Source of the DNA: Snowella sp.
GTDB lineage: Bacteria; Cyanobacteriota; Cyanobacteriia; Cyanobacteriales; Microcystaceae
Assembly (NCBI GenBank): GCA_035285545.1
Contig: JAYKGY010000021.1
Coordinates: forward strand, 1-64,000
Length of the DNA: 64,000 bases
Direction of reading: 5' to 3'
The translations under genes and the position numbers were made by a program. Below the pieces are notes generated by a model. It was not told where the DNA came from and did not search any database. It saw only the letters and a program-made list of their open reading frames with translations. This document shows, piece after piece, positions 9,652 through 19,266 of this stretch (its first letter is position 1; every line of letters begins with the position of its first letter).

Positions 9652-10095
9652 CTAAAATTGAGGTTTAATATAATCGTCCCAAGCTTTAAGTAGATAGACA
9701 GCATCTTCATTTGAAATCCTTCCCAACTTAGCAAGCAGTAAGTTTTTTTCCAAACAATCAAGACGGGATAAACTTACAGTAGAGGGAACCCTCAAACCAC
9801 TATTAGCCCAATCTTTTAATAATATGTCTGTTTGCGTTCGGGGCATTACTGAGGTTATACCATTTTTCAAAAACGATGGCATACTTAAATGATGACGTTT
9901 GTGTTAAAAGCCTTGCTCCACAAGAAAAACATTATGAGGATGTGTGACAGTCATAAAGAAAATTGGTATTACTGCCGTTACAACCACGTCATCACCGTCA
10001 ACCCAAAGAATCAAAACGGGTCTTTTTTTTGATGACGTACCATCAGTAAATAGAATTTTAGCAACCCAGAACTCACCCCCTTTAATAGTCGTCAT
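9652..10095 (-). pseudogene. PemK/MazF-family toxin interrupted by a MITE
   Basis: N-half FTDGTSSKKRPVLIL..VVVTAV and C-half TSVMPRT..DWANSGLRVPSTV are in the same frame; removing the 114-bp insert restores a 109-aa ORF. Confidence 0.88.
9858..9968. mobile_element. 111-bp MITE with TACCAWTTTTC terminal inverted repeats and a 3-bp TTA target duplication
   Basis: TACCATTTTTC...GAAAATTGGTA flanked by TTA at 9855-9857 and 9969-9971. Confidence 0.85.
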
Positions 10096-10144
10096 ATAAA
10101 CCTTCGTCTTCTGGGGCGTAACTGTTTAGGAATGAAGAATGAAG
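10082..10144 (-). pseudogene. C-terminal remnant of the antitoxin for the PemK-like toxin
   Basis: LHSSFLNSYAPEDEGLYDDY* overlaps the toxin start; no convincing 5' part beyond the HIP1 site at 10145-10152. Confidence 0.65.
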
Positions 10145-10207
10145 GCGATCGCTAACCAAGGTTTGGGCTGAATGGTGATAACCCACTTCCCTTTACCAAT
10201 TCCTTAC

Positions 10208-10504
10208 TTAAAAATTCTTAGCCAATTCATTAGCTTTTTTCGCAAAATCTACATCTTTAGACGTAATGCCCCCTGCATCGTGGGTTGTTAGATCGATAGT
10301 GACGCGATTATAGACATTAAACCATTCGGGATGATGGCCCATTGATTCTGCAACTAAGGCCAAACTGGTCATGAAACCAAAGGCTTCAACAAAGGATTGG
10401 AATTGAAATTGGCGATGTAATTTTCCATTCACTGTTGTCCAGCCTGGCAGTGAGGTTAAGGCGATCGCGAGTTCATTGGGGGATAGGGGCTGAAGATTAC
10501 TCAT
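10208..10504 (-). CDS. phhB: Pterin-4-alpha-carbinolamine dehydratase
   Basis: [20 protein letters not shown]. Confidence 0.93.
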   Translation of the reverse strand: MSNLQPLSPNELAIALTSLPGWTTVNGKLHRQFQFQSFVEAFGFMTSLALVAESMGHHPEWFNVYNRVTIDLTTHDAGGITSKDVDFAKKANELAKNF

Positions 10505-10528
10505 AGGAACTTGATGGGGAGAGTTTGA

Positions 10529-12298
10529 TTAATTTTGATTGGGATTCACTGTTAATCGTAGCGCGATCGCGGTTTGAGATTCCTGGCGATTTTGACGAGA
10601 GAGTAAAAACCGAGTGGGATCGATGCGACCTTGGTTTTGTAGATAGTCCTGAACCAAGGGTGATTGCTCAGATTTTAGGCTTAAATCCTCTATCGGTTGC
10701 AAAGAAATAATTTCTAATTGCAAGTTTGGGTAGGTTTGTAATAGCTTACCGACTTGATCGAGTTTTTGCTTTTGTTCCGCTGTTAATGCTGTTTGATCGT
10801 CCCGAAAGGTCAATTGGCCCAACTGAGGATCAAAACGACGAAAACTGACCTGAGCTTGCGGATAACTTAAGCGATCGCGGATCTCCTGAGTAATTAACGA
10901 CTGGGCATCGTCCTGAATTTCACGAGGACTTAAATAAACGAGTTCAACCGCTAGGGGATTGAGCCGACTGGTCTTGATTTCGGTATTAATCATCTGGGCC
11001 GGAGACGGTAAGGTCAGCGATCGCAAAATTGCCGTTGTTTCCCGTAAAAATGTCTCTTGTAACTCAACAATCGAAGGGGTTTCAAAGGAAGTTACTGGAT
11101 TGTCAATAAACTTACTGGTGGGGATTTCAATTAACTGAAGCCGAATCGTATTAGGATTACGACGCAAACGCCGAGCTAGGGCTTGGATATATTGCTCCTG
11201 TTCTTGAGGTGTATATAACCGACTCGTGACGACTTGCAGTTGAATTCTCAAGTTATCCGAATCATCGGTAAACGTCAGATGGTTAATATAGGAACGGGGG
11301 CTAGAGGTTGTTGAATCCCGCATGGTTTGCTGCCAAGTTTCAGAAATGGCGGAACGCAGACGGTTTTGCTGTTGTTTTTGAATAATTTGTTCCCGAACTT
11401 GTAGGAGAGATTGGTTTAAGGGAAAGGAAATCACTAAAATACTGGCAAAAATCAGGGTAAAACGGCCCGGCAAGCCACCAATTTTACGAATAGACTCAAA
11501 GGCAGGCAGATCTTCTAAGAAATGTTGTACCCGCAAGCTTTCTGGATCGGTTGCTCGCCATTCCCGAACCTGTTTGCGAACACAGGCAGTATCTAAATGC
11601 AGACTTAAAAAAATCAGCATGGAGGTAAAAATAATGGCGACCAGATTGGTAAAAAAGAGTAGCCCTCCCCCTTTTGCAACTTGCCATCCATTGGCCTGAT
11701 CCAGGCTAATCATGTTACCAATGCCGTAACCCACCACACACAAGGGCGGCATCAAGGCAACGGCGATCGCGACCCCAGGAATTGAAGTTGCAATGCCCTT
11801 CGTTTTTTTACACAAGGCCACTGTCCCTACCGCACCTGAAAAGAGAGCAACGCTTAAATCGAGGATAGTTGGTTGGGTTCGGGCTGCAATTTCACTGGTC
11901 ATTTCTTGAAACGGGGAAATAACGACCAGTAAGAGAGCTAAGAGTACGGCTAAACCACAACTGAGAATCAGGTTAATCGTTGCCCGTACTGCTAAAATCA
12001 CATCTCCTGTCGCCAAAGCCAATCCATTAGCCAAAATCCCCCCCATTAAGGGAGAAATTAACATCGCACCGATAATTACCGCCGGACTATTCAACACTAA
12101 CCCCAGGGTGGCAATTCCTGCGGCAAAAATCACCTGTAACCAATAGCTGACATCCGAAAGACTGACAGATTCACAAATTTCTACATAAAGTTCTGCTTTA
12201 TGGGCATCGCTCATTCCCAAATTTTTGGATAACCATCGACGGGAACGAAAAATTTTTGTCAACAACGATAAACGGCGTTTGGGTCGCTTGTTAATCAT
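10529..12298 (-). CDS. DUF389 membrane protein with extended soluble C-terminal region
   Basis: SPAVIIGAMLISPLM and PGVAIAVALMPPL. Confidence 0.88.
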   Translation of the reverse strand: MINKRPKRRLSLLTKIFRSRRWLSKNLGMSDAHKAELYVEICESVSLSDVSYWLQVIFAAGIATLGLVLNSPAVIIGAMLISPLMGGILANGLALATGDVILAVRATINLILSCGLAVLLALLLVVISPFQEMTSEIAARTQPTILDLSVALFSGAVGTVALCKKTKGIATSIPGVAIAVALMPPLCVVGYGIGNMISLDQANGWQVAKGGGLLFFTNLVAIIFTSMLIFLSLHLDTACVRKQVREWRATDPESLRVQHFLEDLPAFESIRKIGGLPGRFTLIFASILVISFPLNQSLLQVREQIIQKQQQNRLRSAISETWQQTMRDSTTSSPRSYINHLTFTDDSDNLRIQLQVVTSRLYTPQEQEQYIQALARRLRRNPNTIRLQLIEIPTSKFIDNPVTSFETPSIVELQETFLRETTAILRSLTLPSPAQMINTEIKTSRLNPLAVELVYLSPREIQDDAQSLITQEIRDRLSYPQAQVSFRRFDPQLGQLTFRDDQTALTAEQKQKLDQVGKLLQTYPNLQLEIISLQPIEDLSLKSEQSPLVQDYLQNQGRIDPTRFLLSRQNRQESQTAIALRLTVNPNQN

Positions 12299-12423
12299 AG
12301 AAAAATGGTCAGAAAATAGGCAGTTAGCGCATTCTCAACGTTTCATGGCATACTCATTTTCGATGAAATCTGATGATGGAATGGTTAACTTTTATAACAG
12401 TTTGTACCAATTACAGCGATCGC

Positions 12424-12854
12424 AGTTATTTCTTATGGTTTTAAATGGGAAAAAGCTTGATCAGCCCTTCTTTAGCCGCCCATATCAGCATTCATACGTC
12501 TGCCCGCTTCATTGCTTTTTTCTGGGGGTCTTGCTGTTTTAGGGAGTCTTCTCAATCGGTCGCTACCTAACGCTCTTGTTTGAGATTTTTAGCTAATTGC
12601 TGACTTTTATAGGTTTTAGGTTTATTTTTCAAGCAATTTATAACACAATCTAAGTCTGATTCCTTCCCTTTCGGTTTAATTCCTCTTCCGGGGGCTTCTC
12701 CCAATCCTCTCAACCCTTGTTTTTGCCATCGTCCTAGAGTAGCTCTGACCGTATGCTGATGGCAACCCATTCGTCTTGATTGAAGATGCTGCCCCCAAAA
12801 ATTGGCTAATTTGAATCAAGTATTGAATTCGATGTAAAGATTGACGATTGAAAC
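12424..12854 (-). mobile_element. Degenerate IS630-family transposase fragment
   Basis: HTVRATLGRWQKQGLRGLGEAPGRG..PKTYKSQQLA resembles IS630 HTH regions; stops follow. Confidence 0.7.
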
Positions 12855-12889
12855 GCGATCGCCGAAGTTTTGACTGAATCTGGAGAGAA

Positions 12890-13864
12890 TTAATAGGGCA
12901 TCGTGTATTTAAAATTCTGACTTCCTTCGTACTTCGTCATTTCGGCTAACTTTTCAGGTAATTGAACCCCCGGAACTAACTCCCCATTAATTGTCCAACT
13001 GGGATAGGATTGAATTTTTGCTGCCATACAGGCATCCGGTTGGGGATCTTTGCCGCTGGGGTCACATTCGATATACTTAATATCTTTTATGGCTTCTTTC
13101 CCGAATAATTGCTTTTGCTCGTAACAATGGGGGCACCAGAAGGCACCATACATTACGGCTCCTTGGGCGGTTAAATGTTTGGCCAGTGCGATTTCATCCG
13201 GCCCCGATGTCGTGGTTACGGGCCAGCCTTCAGGCGGTTGGGGAGCAGTCGTCGCTTCAGGAATCGGAGTACGACCGGACGAAGCCAAAGGACTGCCAGC
13301 ATTGGCATAAAGCCCTAAGGTTCCTACCAAGGTAACCAACGCAACAATGACTCCGGTAAAAAAAACTTGACCCATTTCTTCCCACTCCCGACCAATAATT
13401 GCCAAAATAAATAATGCCACAGAACAGGTTGCTGAAGTGAGACAGTAGATACAAGATTCATTTAATTTAAAAAAGGCAATATACATCAAATAGCCACTAA
13501 AGATCGCCATCGAGGTGCCGCCAATGAGCAATAACCAAGCCGTTGCCTTTTCGAGTTGGGTACGTTGCTGCTTGTTGGTTTCTGCATTGACGAGAAAGGG
13601 ACTCAGGGCAAATATCACCATTGCTAAATAGGCAAGGAGTCCAAACAAGCTTAACGGTAACCCGAAAACCTTGGCGTAGGAGCTTTGGAGGACTAAATCG
13701 CAACTGGAAACTCCTACCGCAGGGTCAACGGGGCAAGCAGTTGATCCTCCTGTAAAGGAGATAACGGTGAGATAGGCAGTAATTAAACTCCCGATAACCG
13801 CGATCGCCCCCATAATGAAACGGGAATAACGATAAATCCAAGGTACAGAGCGTCGGCGAACCAT
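12890..13864 (-). CDS. VKOR-thioredoxin fusion (disulfide bond formation)
   Basis: CDLVLQSSYA, CIYC and Trx-like YGAFWCPHC. Confidence 0.92.
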   Translation of the reverse strand: MVRRRSVPWIYRYSRFIMGAIAVIGSLITAYLTVISFTGGSTACPVDPAVGVSSCDLVLQSSYAKVFGLPLSLFGLLAYLAMVIFALSPFLVNAETNKQQRTQLEKATAWLLLIGGTSMAIFSGYLMYIAFFKLNESCIYCLTSATCSVALFILAIIGREWEEMGQVFFTGVIVALVTLVGTLGLYANAGSPLASSGRTPIPEATTAPQPPEGWPVTTTSGPDEIALAKHLTAQGAVMYGAFWCPHCYEQKQLFGKEAIKDIKYIECDPSGKDPQPDACMAAKIQSYPSWTINGELVPGVQLPEKLAEMTKYEGSQNFKYTMPY

Positions 13865-14002
13865 AACTAAATGAAGGTGAAAGGTAAATTAAGTGACGAT
13901 TGATTGTGAGTATTGTTTTTAGTTTAACCTGTCGTCCTAAAAGCGGAAAAAGACAAAATGTTGATTTTTTGCAAAATTTTAGGATATCAAGCTTTAACAA
14001 GA

Positions 14003-15649
14003 TTAACGGCGTTCAATTGTCCAAAAGGGGAAGGTTTGACTGGGGTTGATAATCACGCCTTGGATATCTTTTTGAGCAAAGGCAAAATCCTTCGTTTGCC
14101 AAAGGGGAATGTAGGGAACATCATCAGCTAATTGGGTCTGAATTTTGGCTAAAATGGCATTGCGTTTAACCGGATCGGCTTCCTGACGCTGTTGGTCAAT
14201 CCATTGATTCATTTGTTCATTGTAGTAAAATGATCCCTGGCTTTGTCCACCGCCTTCTTCACAACCCTTACTGGCTGAACCTTTGGGACAACTCAAAAAG
14301 GGATAAATATAATTATCGGGATCGAGGAAATCGGGATACCAGTTAGAAACCGTACTTTCGTACAGCCCTTTACCAATATTTTTAAAATAGGCCGCGCCGG
14401 CAATACTGTTGGGTTGGAATTGGATCGCGCCTTCTAGATCTCGTTTGGAAAGGGCCTTAAATAGAGCCGCGACAATACTGGCGTTAATTGACCCCGATGA
14501 GTGCCAAATTTGAACGGTAACAGGATTTTCTTTGGAGTAACCAGCTTTTTGTAATAATTGTCTGGCTTTTTCCACATTATGATCGCCGTAGGCTTCTTGG
14601 AAGACGGGTTTATAGGAGGCGAAACTTAGCGGGATCATGCTATACAGCGATTTTCCTTGACCCTGGAGAATGCGCTCATTTAACATTTCTCGATCCACTA
14701 AGGACGCGATCGCCTGCCGTACCAATTTTTGTCTAAGCGGGTCACTATTCATATTGAGCGCAATGAAATTAATGACAGAGCCTGATGACTCAATGACCTG
14801 AACCTTACCCTGTTCCGCTTCTGCTTTGAGTAATTTCACCTGTTGGGGCATTAAAGACTGATAGGCCACATCAATGGCCTGCGTCCGAAAAGCATTAAAA
14901 AGATTAGCCGGGTTGCTAGGGTAAAGCTGCAAATTAATCCCACGATTTTTGGGCTTTTCTCCCCAATAGTCGGCAAAGGCTTCTAAACGGAGCGAATCAC
15001 TACTCATGCTGATCAACTGATAGGGCCCAGTTCCGACAAATTTTTCCGGAATAAATTTTCCTTCTCCGATTTCATAGGCTTTCGGCGAAATGGCGCAGGC
15101 TCCCGGATAGGCTAATAATGCAGTAAACGCAGCGAAAGGAGCTTTAAGGGTCACTGTTAGTTCATATTCCCCCGTTGCCTGGATAGTTTCTACCGTATCA
15201 GACAGTAAAAAGGAAGGTTCGCCCCCATTTTTGATAAAACGATTCAGGGAAAAGGCCATCGCTTCGGCATTAAACGGCGTTCCATCATGAAACTTGATTC
15301 CCTGCCGTAGGGGAATGGTATAGGTCAAGCCATTTTCACTAATTTTGGGTAAATCGATTGCTAAATGGGGTTGTAATTCCGTTGTTCCTAATTTGTAGCT
15401 GTAGAGTGTCTCCCCTAGATTGTAAATCACCATTAAACCCGCTAATTCGTAGCTATCGGCAGGATCGAGGGTGCGGGGTCTGAGAATGGTGCCAATGGTA
15501 ATGGTATTTTTATCGGCGTTTGCTGGACGAGATGACGGGTTTTGGGCTTGACTACATCCCATCATTAACAGCACACAAAGACCGAATGAGATGATAACTT
15601 GAAAAAAGCGATTTCGCCGTTGCTTAATCTCCAAAACCTCGTCTAGCAT
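14003..15649 (-). CDS. ABC transporter substrate-binding lipoprotein, family 5 (peptide/nickel)
   Basis: Lipobox LMMGC, LRQGIKFHDGTPFNAEA and GTGPY. Confidence 0.9.
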   Translation of the reverse strand: MLDEVLEIKQRRNRFFQVIISFGLCVLLMMGCSQAQNPSSRPANADKNTITIGTILRPRTLDPADSYELAGLMVIYNLGETLYSYKLGTTELQPHLAIDLPKISENGLTYTIPLRQGIKFHDGTPFNAEAMAFSLNRFIKNGGEPSFLLSDTVETIQATGEYELTVTLKAPFAAFTALLAYPGACAISPKAYEIGEGKFIPEKFVGTGPYQLISMSSDSLRLEAFADYWGEKPKNRGINLQLYPSNPANLFNAFRTQAIDVAYQSLMPQQVKLLKAEAEQGKVQVIESSGSVINFIALNMNSDPLRQKLVRQAIASLVDREMLNERILQGQGKSLYSMIPLSFASYKPVFQEAYGDHNVEKARQLLQKAGYSKENPVTVQIWHSSGSINASIVAALFKALSKRDLEGAIQFQPNSIAGAAYFKNIGKGLYESTVSNWYPDFLDPDNYIYPFLSCPKGSASKGCEEGGGQSQGSFYYNEQMNQWIDQQRQEADPVKRNAILAKIQTQLADDVPYIPLWQTKDFAFAQKDIQGVIINPSQTFPFWTIERR

Positions 15650-16033
15650 AAAAAATTTCGATTAAAAATACAGAATTTAAGACTGGTAATCATTATAGGG
15701 GGATTGCGGGATTTCTTTATATTTATTCACACGAGAAAGAACGGCTCTGTTGATAGGATAGGAATAGATCAGATCCGTCTAAAATAATGCCTAAAAATGC
15801 TGAGTGTCTGGATTTCCGGCAACCGTTTTTAGGTAGAGTGATCCTATCGACATCAACCACTTTTAGGGTCATTCCGCTTCTGTTTAGGTCTGCTATCTCT
15901 GGTTAAGTCAAAAAACTGGAATTGAGCTTTTCCACCCAAGATTTAGTACCAGTAGCTCTGTCATGAAGTTGTTTGAGCGTTGTCCCTGTTCTCTGCATTG
16001 GGGATTTTTTTCATCAAGGTTAGGAGGGTATCT

Positions 16034-17098
16034 ATGGTCAGAGTTCTACTTGCTGGCGATATTGGCGGAACCAAAACAATTTTACGGTTAGTGAATCAAG
16101 ATGTGGCCCTACCGGCTGTGTCTATTTCTCGGCAATCTCCGCTCTATGAACAAACCTATCCGAGTCAAGCGTTTACGGATCTCGTTCCAATGATTCGCCA
16201 ATTTTTGGCTTCGGTGACAGAGATAATGGGAGAAACTCCCCAGGTGGAGAAGGCTTGTTTTGGCATTGCGGGCCCGGTGGTAGCTAACACGTCGGAACTC
16301 ACGAATTTAAGTTGGTCACTATCTGGCGATCGCTTAGCTACCGAGTTAGAAATTAGTCAAGTGACGTTAATTAATGATTTTGCAGCAGTAGGCTACGGAA
16401 TTTTAGGCTTAACCTCAGATGATGTGTATTGTTTACAGGATGTGCCCCCCACTCCCAAGGCACCGATCGCCGTTATTGGAGCAGGAACCGGCTTAGGGCA
16501 AGGTTATATGATTCCGTTTGGGGACGGTAATTATCGGGTTTTTTCCAGTGAAGGGGCCCATGCTGATTTTGCCCCGCGATCGCCTTTGGAGTTTCAGCTA
16601 TTAAGTTTTCTCAAAGAGCGTTATCAGTTTAACCGTGTCTCTGTGGAACGGGTGGTTTCGGGTCTGGGGATTGCTGCGATTTATGACTTTTTGCGAGACC
16701 AGAATCCAAGTCAAGAATCTCCCCCCCTAGCGGAGATCCATAAAATCTGGCAACAGGAACTGGGGCAAAACGAAAAAACGGTTGATCTCTCGGCGGAAGT
16801 TTCCAAGGCTGCTTTAGCCGATAGGGATTATCTTTCGAGTCAAACCCTAAAGATTTTTGTCGAAGCCTACGGAGCCGAAGCAGGAAACTTAGCCTTAAAA
16901 CTGTTGCCCTACGGGGGTCTCTATGTTGCCGGTGGCATTGCTCCCAAAATCTTACCTTTGCTGCAAAACGGTGACTTTATGAAAGCTTTTAGCGATAAAG
17001 GACGAATGCGGGAACTAATGGCGAAATTTCCGGTTTATATTGTCCTCAATCCTAAAGTTGGCTTAATTGGTGCGGCGGTTTGTGCAGCCCAGTCGTAA
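16034..17098 (+). CDS. glk: Glucokinase
   Basis: LAGDIGGTKT, LINDF, GAGTGLG and SEGAH; AGGAGG RBS before ATG 16034. Confidence 0.95.
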   Translation: MVRVLLAGDIGGTKTILRLVNQDVALPAVSISRQSPLYEQTYPSQAFTDLVPMIRQFLASVTEIMGETPQVEKACFGIAGPVVANTSELTNLSWSLSGDRLATELEISQVTLINDFAAVGYGILGLTSDDVYCLQDVPPTPKAPIAVIGAGTGLGQGYMIPFGDGNYRVFSSEGAHADFAPRSPLEFQLLSFLKERYQFNRVSVERVVSGLGIAAIYDFLRDQNPSQESPPLAEIHKIWQQELGQNEKTVDLSAEVSKAALADRDYLSSQTLKIFVEAYGAEAGNLALKLLPYGGLYVAGGIAPKILPLLQNGDFMKAFSDKGRMRELMAKFPVYIVLNPKVGLIGAAVCAAQS

Positions 17099-17246
17099 AG
17101 GGATGATCCCATGTAAAATTGTACTATTATAAGTTTTTGTCATTTGTAGGGTATTCTTCAAGTCAGAATGCTATTGATGGGTTATGGTTCATCTCGCTTC
17201 TTGATCGCTGCCGTAGGTTTTTATTTTATTTGTAATTGTATAGCTA

Positions 17247-17639
17247 ATGTCTTTTGAAATTCCCGATGTTAGAGAAATTGAATTTGAACAAGCGGTAGAA
17301 AAAATCGAGCGATCGCTGATGGATTTAAAGGAACGGTACGCCACCATCCAAACCCAGTATGAACAGCAAGAAAACCTGAAAAAACATCGCCAGGAAATCG
17401 AAGCCCAATGGCAAGACGAACAACGCCCCGAACTAGAGCAGGAACTACACCATATCAATGAACAATTACAGGAGTTAACCGTAAATTTAGAAAGCCATTT
17501 GCTTTCTGAACCTGCTTTGCAAGAGCTATTTTGGAAAGGATTACGTCAGGGCATTTTAGGGGAAGCCTTTTGGCAAGTGGTTCGTTTTGGTGGATTGGGC
17601 TTAGTAATTGGCTGGTTTTTAAAGTCTTGGATCGGTTAG
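17247..17639 (+). CDS. Hypothetical coiled-coil protein with C-terminal TM helix
   Basis: FWQVVRFGGLGLVIGW tail. Confidence 0.75.
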   Translation: MSFEIPDVREIEFEQAVEKIERSLMDLKERYATIQTQYEQQENLKKHRQEIEAQWQDEQRPELEQELHHINEQLQELTVNLESHLLSEPALQELFWKGLRQGILGEAFWQVVRFGGLGLVIGWFLKSWIG

Positions 17640-17777
17640 GCTTTGATTTGTGTCAATTAAACAATAATAAGCCAATAATCTTTCAATTAGGATTCAAATA
17701 AAATACGTAAAATCACTAAAGCCGTAAACCCCGCAATAATTCTAATTGTTCTTTCTTTAAAAAGCTTTATAAAAGTC

Positions 17778-18869
17778 TTATGAATTAGAGTTTGAATTAA
17801 AGTTTGAAAGGGAGTGGGGCTGATTATTCGTGGGAGTTACTCCCCATTTATCTAAAATATCTTTTACTAAAAGCTCTTTAATGACGATTTGGATAATAAT
17901 CGCTAGCGGCAAAGAGAGGAGTAGTCCTAAAATTCCAAAAAAGATCGAAAAGATCACAACGGATAATATCGTCACAACGGGAGCCAAAGAAACAGCCCTT
18001 TGCATCACAATTGGCACTAAAATATTACTTTCTAATTGTTGAATACACACATATAAAATAATGACTGCGATCGCTTTCCAAGGTTGATCCAAAAGCGCGA
18101 TTAATACGGGTGGAATAACACTTAAGGTTGGCCCCAAATTGGGAATAAATTCTAATAATCCCGCAATAAAAGCATTGGTTAGAACGAGGGGAACTTGCAA
18201 AATCCATAGCCCAATTCCGGTCACGATCCCAATCACTGTCATATTAATTAATGTCCCTTTCATCCAACTAATGAGGGATTCTTCACACTCTAATAAAACT
18301 CCATTAATGCGAGGTCGATAAAAGGCAGGAAATAGCAAGAGAAAACCTTGTCGATATAGGGGAGGATTTGCTAAGAGCATAATCGATAGCACTAAGACTA
18401 ACAAAATATTTAGGATTGAGTTTATTCCACTCGAAAAGAAGCCTAAAAAGTTACGGAATAATTGGGGGGAAATTTGTCGAATATTTTGGTTTAGGGGCTG
18501 CAATAGGTAATCCGTATCATCAAAATTAAATAGTTTGATAGGACTCAAATTTTGCAACTCTTCTAGCCAAATTTGTAATCGTTCTAAACTATTGGGAATG
18601 AGATTTAATAGTTGTTGGAATTGGTCAATAAGGGGAGGAAAAATAATGGCTAAAAAGCCGACGATAACTGCAATCAATGAAATAAAAGCAAGGGCGATCG
18701 CAATTCCTCGTTTCAGTCTCAATTGCTGGAGGAGTTTAACCATTTGATTTAAGGCGATCGCAAAAACAATTGCCGCTAATAACAGTAAAATAACGTCCCT
18801 AATTTGCCAAATAATATATAAAGAAACACTAAAAACAACTAACCCTATCCACTTTCCTAATGTCATCAT
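17778..18869 (-). CDS. AI-2E family (PerM) transporter
   Basis: Multi-TM; FIPNLGP and IQQLESNILVP. Confidence 0.9.
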   Translation of the reverse strand: MMTLGKWIGLVVFSVSLYIIWQIRDVILLLLAAIVFAIALNQMVKLLQQLRLKRGIAIALAFISLIAVIVGFLAIIFPPLIDQFQQLLNLIPNSLERLQIWLEELQNLSPIKLFNFDDTDYLLQPLNQNIRQISPQLFRNFLGFFSSGINSILNILLVLVLSIMLLANPPLYRQGFLLLFPAFYRPRINGVLLECEESLISWMKGTLINMTVIGIVTGIGLWILQVPLVLTNAFIAGLLEFIPNLGPTLSVIPPVLIALLDQPWKAIAVIILYVCIQQLESNILVPIVMQRAVSLAPVVTILSVVIFSIFFGILGLLLSLPLAIIIQIVIKELLVKDILDKWGVTPTNNQPHSLSNFNSNSNS

Positions 18870-19266
18870 TTCCTCTTAAATAAACGCAAATAATACCCCC
18901 AGATAGATGGTATTTTGGAGTAGCCGATTGACCGTATGATTTAAAATATACTCACCAGATCGATTAAAACTCCCTTAAGGAGTTGGTTGAAATTAATCTA
19001 AATTTGGAATAAAAATCTTACTCGTCAATGCTCAAAATCCCAGTATCTAAAAATCAATTAGGGTTACTTATTTACTGATTGAATTTTGATGAATTTGAAT
19101 CCCATTAAGTTTATACGTTTAAATTAAAATACGAGATAATACTTGTCATCTAACTATTGACATAATTAATACAGAAATAATATAAACCTCAAAAAAATAT
19201 TCTTTTTGTCGGGAATAAAAATAAAATAAGTGACTGATTTAATAGTTCAACAGTCATGAACGCTGA

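Noticed and set aside
12225..12542. 105-aa plus-strand ORF
   Set aside because: Overlaps the DUF389 start and the antisense strand of the IS630 remnant; no motif.
15748..15900. 6S RNA or a known riboswitch upstream of glk
   Set aside because: No recognisable similarity to the families I know; kept only as an unnamed structure.
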